Shown piece after piece: positions 29,983 to 37,659 of a DNA stretch of 37,659 bases (position 1 is its first letter; the number at the start of each line of letters is the position of its first letter). This DNA is from Stramenopiles sp. TOSAG23-6 (taxonomy: Eukaryota). Both the position numbers and the translations under genes were made by a program. The notes beneath the pieces were generated by a model. That model ran no database searches. It was not told the origin of the DNA and worked only from the letters and a program-made list of their open reading frames with translations. The stretch covers positions 1 to 37,659 of the forward strand of contig LT635939.1 of NCBI GenBank assembly GCA_900128565.1. The letters are read 5' to 3'.

Positions 29983-32900
29983 ATGGATTGGGACTCACGA
30001 GTACCATTGTCACAAGAAATGCCGGAATACAAAGCTGTTGATGACCCATTCTGTCCACTTGCCAAAAGTCGTAGGTATCAGAAAGCAACTTATAGGTTTC
30101 AGAAGAAACTTTTACGGGACCAAAAGAGTGCAAAGCGAAGACGGATATCGCAAAAAAGGGAAAGAAAACGTGGCGATCCTTTATTTCAACGTCGACCTCG
30201 ATCAAAATCCCTTACAAAAATGAAAAAAATGAAAAAAAAAACGCTTCATAGACAATACGAAAAGGGTGTAGTTTTGGCTAGTATGCGTCCAATGTCTCCA
30301 CCAAATGTTTCTGCTCGTCCAATGAGTCCAAGACCAGTCATTGGCCAAGCAGATGGCGAAGGAATACCTTTAAAAAGTACAAATTGGGAAAAAGGTGGAG
30401 TTACATTTGCTTCTCCAACAAATATTGCACCTAATTCAGAGAGTGGTGACGGTTCTTACGAATTAGAAATACTTAAGTGTATCCTACTTAGAGAAGGTTA
30501 TTTACACCGTATATCAGATATATGTAAAAGGGAGAATACATTAGAGCCAAAGCAGATGTTTGGTCGATTAATTGATTTATTAGATCTTTTACGGCAATCA
30601 TCAGTCGAAACTGTCGAGGCGATTTCTACTTGGAAACATTCTTTTGATCGGCCAAAATCATTTTTATGGAATGGAATTAATTATCTATTAAAGATGCCAT
30701 CAGATACGTCTTATTTAGATAAATATGAACCATTACGAAAATGGCTTGGATTTTCTCTTTCAAGAAATCCATTTATAATGCCAGTGCGTCTCGATAAAAG
30801 AGTTAAAACGCCAAAACGTAGAACACCTGCACAACGTTTAAGAGATGGTAAGCGAACAATTAATACAGATGAAATGGATGCTGAATTGAGAGATGTTGGT
30901 CTTTCAAGTGTTCTAGAAATGTATGGTGGGCAACATGAGGAGAGGGGAGGAGATTTACACTCAAAAAAAGATAGTTTTTTAGAAATTGGTACAGGTGCTT
31001 TACATATCGAAATGTCAAGAAAAGCAAAAAATTTGTTACCTGGTGGCACGAAACTGTCTGATCATTCTCGAATAGGAGATCCGTATAAAAGTAAACATAC
31101 AAAATCAAGTCGTGGAAGTATAATTGCTGCAAATGCGTCTACCATTACAATGAAAATGATGCCTACTCAAATTGGAGATTTTGATCTCGAACGAATTCGA
31201 TACTGTGAAAAAGTTATTTTAGCAGAAGAATCTACTCATGGCAGGTATGTACTAAATAAATATGGAAAATATGTACCAGAAGTCCTAGAGACTCGACGCG
31301 AAGCTGTAGGTTTAGGGTTTGGTGCATCAACAATGTTGAATGGTGATGATGCAAGAAATGCTGCACTAAAAGCAATGTCAGAATTTACAATCGATACTGC
31401 TAATAATAATAATAATAACAAAAATATCGATGATAATCATAAAACAAAAAGCATAAACATCAAAAGTACACAAGCAGGTCGTAGAAGAGCACAAAAGGAA
31501 GGAGGTTTACTTTTCCCCCTAGCTAGTAAACAATCTATTGGTCGCCAACAAAAACCTAATAGCCATTCTCGTCCTGCCCGCCAAGATGCGGAAATAAGGC
31601 GTATGTCTAATGACATTAGTGAAATGGCAAATAATTTACGAATGATGCAATATGACATTGAAAAAGAAGAAAAAGAGATTAAAGCAACAGAAGCTAGTTT
31701 AATTGCATCTTCACAAGAATCAGGAGATATCGATAATACAGAAAAGATCAATACTTCACAATTGCAAAACTCGATGTCAACATTACGCGGGGGTAGTGAT
31801 CATCGACGATTTCATAGAAGAATTCAAGAATTAACTGTAAGAAAAAAGGAGTATCAGAGACATAAACTTGAATTAAAGGAGAGACAACGAAAATTAAATA
31901 AAGCAAAAGAACTGCGACACTCTCAACGAAGTAAGGAGAAAAAGCATCAAGATGAAGTTCATGCCAAAAAAATTGAAAATAAAAAATTGGAAGGCGAAGA
32001 AATGGAAACGACTGTTATTGAAGATTATACAATGGATGAAAAAGCTGCGATTATATTGCAACGTATCGCAAGGGGTAAATTATCGAAATTGTTTACAAAT
32101 AGACGAAGAATACAATTTAATAGGTGTGCTTTATTTATTCAACAGGGATTCCGTGCGAAAAATGCACGAAAAAGTTTAGCGACGAATAAAGTAGAGAGAA
32201 TTGCGGCGACAAAAGTTCAACGTACAATAAGAGGGTTTTTAGATCGAATTGTGACACGAAAGATGAGGGATTCCAGGCGCAAGGAAAATGCGGCAACATT
32301 AATGCAAAATTCATTTCGATTTAGTCAAGGGAAAAAACGGACAAATTTACGTCGTAAATTAGTGGAAGCAAAAAAAGCAGCCGTTCGGGTAACTGAGGTA
32401 ATATTGCCGTTTGATTTAAATGAATTATTGGATATTAAACCTCCAGCGCCTGTACCAGTATTACATTTAATGAGATCAGTAATGATGCTGATGTCAATTC
32501 CGACAAAGAAAGATATTGAAGATGTTGTAAATATTGAAAAAAAGAAAAAAAAGAAAAGAATAAAAAGTTCAGAAAAGTCGACAGGTTTACAAGTGAGGGA
32601 ATTATCTTGGGGAAAATGTGTCAATTTTGGTAAAAAGGAATATTTTATTGAATCTTTGCGATCAATGGCAGTTGATGCGTATCAAGAAACTTTATTACTC
32701 TCATCAGCTATGATTCGGCAAGTCAGCATTTATTTTTTAGATCCAAAATTTACCCCGGTAGAAATTTCAAAAATCGAGTCAGGTGGTTATGCAGCAAGAT
32801 TATTGTTAGTTTGGGTACAGAGCTTAGTCACCGTTCATAATATGTTGAATCATTTTACTTCATGGGAAAATAGACGCCCATCAAAATGTTTATATATACT

Positions 32901-35900
32901 ACATAATAATAGTACAAATGTTGAGGGAAAAGAATCAAATGACGAAGAAAATGAACAAGTTGTATTGAAAAAGAAATATTTGAGTTCTAATAGGTATGTT
33001 CCAGATTTTGCCATTCCACACCCCATAGCACGTCCACGACCTGTTATTGTTGCTGCAGCGCGTGAAACACCGACACAATGTAAAGAACTTTTACTTGCAA
33101 ATTTATTGACCGCATTACCCGGTACGTTTGTACGGATTGACGTAGTACCTATCAATGTTGGGGTAGTGCAAAATGCATTTGATGTTGGTAATTCAGTAGT
33201 TCTAGATGTTCATATAGGACAAGGTGCAGCAGCAAGAAAAGCTTTCATTGAACAATTTCAAACGCTACGTGATACTTTGCATCCAAGACCAATGTGTATC
33301 TTATTACAAGGGCACCGCCTTAATAGAAATGGGGGTAGCGACGCAACTTTGGGAGTTGCCCCAGAATTACAAAATAGAATGCCAGATTATACTATTAAGA
33401 AACTTCTAGAAAGAGCTGCAGAATCATTATATTGCCTTGGTAGGGATGGTAATTATGAAATATTGAAGAATTTAAGTGGTATGCAGCGACCACCCAATGT
33501 AGGTACTGTGCTATTGATGGAAGCCTTAATTATTTTATTTTCACCACACCATGGATTTAAATCACCTAATAGAAGTGTGAGTATGGTAACATGGCCTGCA
33601 TCACAAAAATTATTAGCTTTTCCGGAACAATTATTTCGACGTCTTCGTGAATGTGAGATAGATTCAATCCCACAACGTAATTTACGTGTACTTCGACAAT
33701 ATATTTCTCACAGTCGATGGCCGACAAGAGATGATGTGTATGCTGGTGATTTAGGGCCTATTGCTCGATTACTCGATTGGGTTGAAACTGTTATAAAATA
33801 TGCTGGTGCATTAGAAGGGGAAGGTGGCAAAGCCCCAAAGATATTAAAAGGTGATGGTTTATTTTCATCAACAGTTGTTGTTACTGACGAAATGCCAAAT
33901 AATCGATTATTTACTGCATTGCTTTGGCCTGTATTACGAGATTTGAAAGTATACGCACAGGCTAGAAAGATACAGCAACGGCATACAGTATGTTCAGTAT
34001 TTTTTGAATCAAAAACATTGTTCTTTTTTGTGTATGTACCTGAATTAGGACACAGGTATCATACTTCTCTTCCTGTAGCATGGATTGAAGGATCACTAGC
34101 ACCAAATTCAGTAGAGACTTTAAGTGATCCAAGACCTGCGCCAGAAACAACGGTACAATTGTATCAGAGATTAGCAGAATTATTACGATTTGATCGATTT
34201 ACTGGCAAACTATTGATTAGCAGAAAATTAGCACGATTAAAACGTGAAAGTATACGCATTGGGCGCCATTTAATTACTTTAACAGTTAGTGAATTAAGTT
34301 TTGGACATTTAGTGATACAAGGGTATGAACCAGAAACATCGAAACTATTTTCATTGAATATTGGACCTGAAGAGTGTGAACAAATTGAAGCCGATGCTGA
34401 TGAATATGAATTGAAAGAGATTCAATCTAAAGATTCACGAAAAATAATGCACTGTTTGATGGATCGATTATATTTTAGACGTGGTCGTCTACGGATTCGA
34501 TACAATGGTGGCAGCGGTAAGAAAATATTTGAAAAGGGCATTCAAGTCAACAATAATACTGTAATTTGTACCATATTTGCATCGCATTGGGGATTGCGAA
34601 TCAAAACATATTTACCGCATACTTCTGATACCTATGTTTTTAGATTGAGCACTAGAGAGCAACTAGAATTATTGGGAACAATTTCGCAGTCACAACAATC
34701 TATTTGGGTGCGTAAATTGATTGGTTTAATACAAATTAAAGGAGGCGAAATCATGATGAATCGGCGATTATACAGTGAAGTTGTTAAAGTGAATTCTACA
34801 TACTTGACAATAGAAGCACATGTTTTGGGCTTCGATGGTGGTCTGACAATTAGCTGCTACAAGAATGATAATAGTGGTAAGTTTGTTTTACCAATTGTAG
34901 ATAGTGATATTATAGAACTTGTACAATCTAAAGTAGAGGTAACTGATGGCAAAGATATTTGGCCAAGACCTGATGATCGATTGGCCCGAGATAAAGTAAT
35001 TCGTGCATTATTCCATAGTGTACAATGGCAATTGATGGATTATAGTGTTGTACCCCCAGTAGACATTGAAGAAGGGCATATTCTAATGCTAGGTAAGGAT
35101 CCACAAAATCCAATTTCATCTGCGAGGGAAGAGATACAATTTGAAGATGTTGCAGGATTGTCAATTGCAGATACGATAACGCGAGGTAAGCGTAGTAAAA
35201 GTAGAAGATCATCTCCAAGATTGAAATCAAAATCACCAAGATTGAAATTAAAATCACCAAGATTGAAATCAAAATCACCAAGATTGAAATCAAAACAGCA
35301 AATGAAAGAAATTGAACAAGAAATTGAAAAGCCAAATGAAAATGATACTAGTACCGTGGATAATATGAAGACTAATGTGAAGTATAAAAATAAAGAACTC
35401 GCACTTCGTGAGGAAGAAAAAAAGTTAGCAAAGTTAGGCGTTGATGCTTCTCGTCACGGGCGGTTATTAATAGCAAAAGTTACACGTAAAGGTGGTCGTT
35501 TACTAACTTTATCGGTGTACGATGATGAATCAAAATTCAAAACAGACATTCGTATAGTAGCTTATGATGCATCATTGAGTGTTGGTGCAGTTTGTTATTT
35601 AAAATGGGATGAGGTAGAACTTGCTGTTGGGCAACGTTTTGATTTATTATCCTCTGAAAAAAGAATTGAAATGGCTAAATATTTAGTCAATGAGAGAGTC
35701 AGAGTACTACCAATAGCTGTTGCCCAGGAGGAGGATATAGGCAAATTACGAATTGGTAAACATGTACATGACAATGATTTTGTAATACGTATAAGCGAGT
35801 GCCGCCGATACACACACGATCGTGTTACTCCATTGCGCAGTGTATTGAAAAATTTACTAAAACCTAGTGAATCTCTAATCCTAGATAGACGTTTTCCTAC

Positions 35901-37563
35901 TGCTATAAAATTGAGTAGTAGATCACTAAAGGTGGAAGCTGTGTCGACTGATAAGAAAACACTACGAAAAAAAATTATTTTTATTACTTCGTTTTATTCT
36001 ATAACTGATTTTTATATACGATTACTCGTATATGATCCGAATGTTTCACGAAAAGCAGATCTTTTACTGAATAAGAAAGAGTTGTTGAAGGAGTGTAAAT
36101 CGAATAATATTGTTGTACCTAAAACATCAGAAGGTGATGAATTGACTTTAACAGTAGTTCATTCATTATTAGATGCACTTTTTCCAAGAGTTAAATTGAT
36201 TATTAATCAAAATATGATTGATAATCTTGAGAATATTCATGATGATGATGATGTAGCTTATATGAAAATTGTTTTAAAAGAAAAAATTAGCAAATCTGAA
36301 TTAGCGGTATTAAAAGCTCAATCCTTACCACGCAAGGAAATACTTCAGGTAGGAATTACAGTACCTATTGATGGTCAGTATCTTCCAGTGATTGCACAGA
36401 TCGAGGAAGAAATTGTTCATAAAAATGGTGAAAATGTTGATGATGAAAATAAAGTAGGCAAAATATTCATTACATTGTATGAACCTGCTACATCTGCAAC
36501 ATCAGAACTATTATTAGAACCTGATGCGTATCATGCATTACTCTCATGTGAAGCACTATCTCATTATAAACCTATTTCATTACCTACAGACTCACTAGTA
36601 GATGGCGATGACACAAAATACTTGTACATTTTAAGTGAGCTTAAACTTACTCGAAATCCTCAATTTACATTGTCTTTATCAAAAGTGGCTCAAACATGTA
36701 TATCATTAAGGCAAACATTTGATAGTGTGAAAACAGCAGCAATAACTACGAACAATGAAAACAACGACAAAAAAAAAGATGTGATAAATATTGGTGAATT
36801 TAGACAATTGGTACATAAAATGAAATGGGACATTAGTGTTGAGGAATGTATCGAACTGCTTAGTAAAGCAGATTTAATTAATACTGAGGTTGATGAACTC
36901 ACATTTACTTTTGCCAATTTCGAATTTATTAGTCAAGAACGAATTGAATATCGTGCAGAGCGTATGGAAATGGAAGTAGCTATGACAAAAAGAAGGAAAA
37001 GTGTTGCTGAACCACCTTACAGTGAACTACCTGACAAACCTGGATGGCTTGCTCCCCGCTTTTTTTTACGATTAGATCAGTCTAGCCTTCGGAAAGGTTG
37101 CAAATCTTTTAGAGATGAAGAAGCGCTAGTTTTGTTACAAGGTACAATTAATGATTCAAATATCCTCCATTCTGAGGATTCAAAAACTATTGATAATTTA
37201 TGTGTTTGTGGTATAACAAAAGAAAATGTTCGCGAGAATGAACATTTTTGGCATGCTATTTTGAGCACGGGAAAGCACTATTTTTTATCGGAATATGCAT
37301 TTGAAGACAGGTTTGTGGATTCCAGTGAGAAATTATTAAAAGAGCATTTTGTGCTGTGTAATTTAGAAGAAGTAAAGAAATACGCTACTACTGTGAAAAG
37401 TAGCAAAAGTGATAATAAGAATGAATATCGTTGTAGGATTACTGGAACAGACCTGTGTGATTGGAATGAATGCAATACAATTTATCATGCATTCATGGCT
37501 GGAGATCGGTCATATTTATTGTGTAAACGTGCATTTGAAGAGAAATTTTTTGAAGAAAAATAA
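29983..37563 (+). CDS. Giant IQ-motif protein with two dynein-stalk microtubule-binding-like domains, ~7 beta-rich repeats and an EF-hand-like segment; probably flagellar/cytoskeletal
   Basis: 2,526-aa uninterrupted ORF. IQ motifs: LQRIARG, IQQGFRA, VQRTIRG, MQNSFRF (~32044-32337). MTBD-like blocks: DLNELLDIKPPAPVPV..LSWGKC..LLVWV and LKNLSGMQRPP..LLMEALIILF..VTWPASQKLL..LFRRL..IDSIP..LLDWV. EF-hand-like: INIGEFRQLV..ISVEECIELL. Confidence 0.75.
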   Translation: MDWDSRVPLSQEMPEYKAVDDPFCPLAKSRRYQKATYRFQKKLLRDQKSAKRRRISQKRERKRGDPLFQRRPRSKSLTKMKKMKKKTLHRQYEKGVVLASMRPMSPPNVSARPMSPRPVIGQADGEGIPLKSTNWEKGGVTFASPTNIAPNSESGDGSYELEILKCILLREGYLHRISDICKRENTLEPKQMFGRLIDLLDLLRQSSVETVEAISTWKHSFDRPKSFLWNGINYLLKMPSDTSYLDKYEPLRKWLGFSLSRNPFIMPVRLDKRVKTPKRRTPAQRLRDGKRTINTDEMDAELRDVGLSSVLEMYGGQHEERGGDLHSKKDSFLEIGTGALHIEMSRKAKNLLPGGTKLSDHSRIGDPYKSKHTKSSRGSIIAANASTITMKMMPTQIGDFDLERIRYCEKVILAEESTHGRYVLNKYGKYVPEVLETRREAVGLGFGASTMLNGDDARNAALKAMSEFTIDTANNNNNNKNIDDNHKTKSINIKSTQAGRRRAQKEGGLLFPLASKQSIGRQQKPNSHSRPARQDAEIRRMSNDISEMANNLRMMQYDIEKEEKEIKATEASLIASSQESGDIDNTEKINTSQLQNSMSTLRGGSDHRRFHRRIQELTVRKKEYQRHKLELKERQRKLNKAKELRHSQRSKEKKHQDEVHAKKIENKKLEGEEMETTVIEDYTMDEKAAIILQRIARGKLSKLFTNRRRIQFNRCALFIQQGFRAKNARKSLATNKVERIAATKVQRTIRGFLDRIVTRKMRDSRRKENAATLMQNSFRFSQGKKRTNLRRKLVEAKKAAVRVTEVILPFDLNELLDIKPPAPVPVLHLMRSVMMLMSIPTKKDIEDVVNIEKKKKKKRIKSSEKSTGLQVRELSWGKCVNFGKKEYFIESLRSMAVDAYQETLLLSSAMIRQVSIYFLDPKFTPVEISKIESGGYAARLLLVWVQSLVTVHNMLNHFTSWENRRPSKCLYILHNNSTNVEGKESNDEENEQVVLKKKYLSSNRYVPDFAIPHPIARPRPVIVAAARETPTQCKELLLANLLTALPGTFVRIDVVPINVGVVQNAFDVGNSVVLDVHIGQGAAARKAFIEQFQTLRDTLHPRPMCILLQGHRLNRNGGSDATLGVAPELQNRMPDYTIKKLLERAAESLYCLGRDGNYEILKNLSGMQRPPNVGTVLLMEALIILFSPHHGFKSPNRSVSMVTWPASQKLLAFPEQLFRRLRECEIDSIPQRNLRVLRQYISHSRWPTRDDVYAGDLGPIARLLDWVETVIKYAGALEGEGGKAPKILKGDGLFSSTVVVTDEMPNNRLFTALLWPVLRDLKVYAQARKIQQRHTVCSVFFESKTLFFFVYVPELGHRYHTSLPVAWIEGSLAPNSVETLSDPRPAPETTVQLYQRLAELLRFDRFTGKLLISRKLARLKRESIRIGRHLITLTVSELSFGHLVIQGYEPETSKLFSLNIGPEECEQIEADADEYELKEIQSKDSRKIMHCLMDRLYFRRGRLRIRYNGGSGKKIFEKGIQVNNNTVICTIFASHWGLRIKTYLPHTSDTYVFRLSTREQLELLGTISQSQQSIWVRKLIGLIQIKGGEIMMNRRLYSEVVKVNSTYLTIEAHVLGFDGGLTISCYKNDNSGKFVLPIVDSDIIELVQSKVEVTDGKDIWPRPDDRLARDKVIRALFHSVQWQLMDYSVVPPVDIEEGHILMLGKDPQNPISSAREEIQFEDVAGLSIADTITRGKRSKSRRSSPRLKSKSPRLKLKSPRLKSKSPRLKSKQQMKEIEQEIEKPNENDTSTVDNMKTNVKYKNKELALREEEKKLAKLGVDASRHGRLLIAKVTRKGGRLLTLSVYDDESKFKTDIRIVAYDASLSVGAVCYLKWDEVELAVGQRFDLLSSEKRIEMAKYLVNERVRVLPIAVAQEEDIGKLRIGKHVHDNDFVIRISECRRYTHDRVTPLRSVLKNLLKPSESLILDRRFPTAIKLSSRSLKVEAVSTDKKTLRKKIIFITSFYSITDFYIRLLVYDPNVSRKADLLLNKKELLKECKSNNIVVPKTSEGDELTLTVVHSLLDALFPRVKLIINQNMIDNLENIHDDDDVAYMKIVLKEKISKSELAVLKAQSLPRKEILQVGITVPIDGQYLPVIAQIEEEIVHKNGENVDDENKVGKIFITLYEPATSATSELLLEPDAYHALLSCEALSHYKPISLPTDSLVDGDDTKYLYILSELKLTRNPQFTLSLSKVAQTCISLRQTFDSVKTAAITTNNENNDKKKDVINIGEFRQLVHKMKWDISVEECIELLSKADLINTEVDELTFTFANFEFISQERIEYRAERMEMEVAMTKRRKSVAEPPYSELPDKPGWLAPRFFLRLDQSSLRKGCKSFRDEEALVLLQGTINDSNILHSEDSKTIDNLCVCGITKENVRENEHFWHAILSTGKHYFLSEYAFEDRFVDSSEKLLKEHFVLCNLEEVKKYATTVKSSKSDNKNEYRCRITGTDLCDWNECNTIYHAFMAGDRSYLLCKRAFEEKFFEEK
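35212..35295 (+). repeat. 21-nt tandem repeat x4 encoding SPRLK(S/L)K
   Basis: Four tc(t/a)ccaagattgaaat(c/t)aaaa units. Confidence 0.95.
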
Positions 37564-37659
37564 AAAAAAAGTTTTCTTTTTTTTTTTATTTTCAAACGCA
37601 AACGAACGCAAACCTGCTCTTTTTTTTTTTTTTTTTTTTGACTAGTAGTAGTCACGAGT

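Noticed and set aside
1-37659. Prokaryotic or giant-virus origin of the window (dense, nearly intronless, bacterial-type sugar gene)
   Set aside because: Nup98, EML, IQ, PPR, COX4 and RADX-like genes are cellular eukaryotic, and I recognised no viral hallmark or prokaryotic operon signals.

Overview
AT-rich, gene-dense, very intron-poor eukaryotic DNA read with the standard genetic code. It is most likely from a flagellated protist; a stramenopile is my inference, not shown directly. Scattered Ns indicate a draft or heterozygous assembly. About 12 genes, in order: (1) the 3' part of a Nup98-type autopeptidase-domain gene that stops exactly at the HF cleavage site; (2) a SHOCT/Tudor-like protein; (3) an LYR-like + DUF179 (YqgE/AlgH) protein; (4) a bacterial-type DesI/VioA-like sugar aminotransferase fused in frame to an ATP-grasp-HAD enzyme; (5) a ~1,450-aa degenerate PPR-like protein split by an N-rich patch; (6) a RADX-like OB-fold protein; (7) a SAM/WW/DysF-like protein with tandem repeats; (8) a charged, possibly secreted protein; (9) a short COX4-family subunit; (10) a hypothetical protein; (11) a 2,568-aa coiled-coil + EML-like WD40 protein; and (12) head-to-head with it, a 2,526-aa protein with four IQ motifs, two dynein microtubule-binding-like domains and about seven copies of an unnamed beta-rich repeat. 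The strongest candidate for a new system is gene 4. It looks like an operon-derived amino-sugar modifying fusion enzyme, and it carries an A11 frameshift and an unusual in-frame GT..AT intron-like insert. The next best candidates are the motor-less double-MTBD IQ giant and a RADX homolog outside animals. All family calls come from motif recognition by eye; no searches were run.
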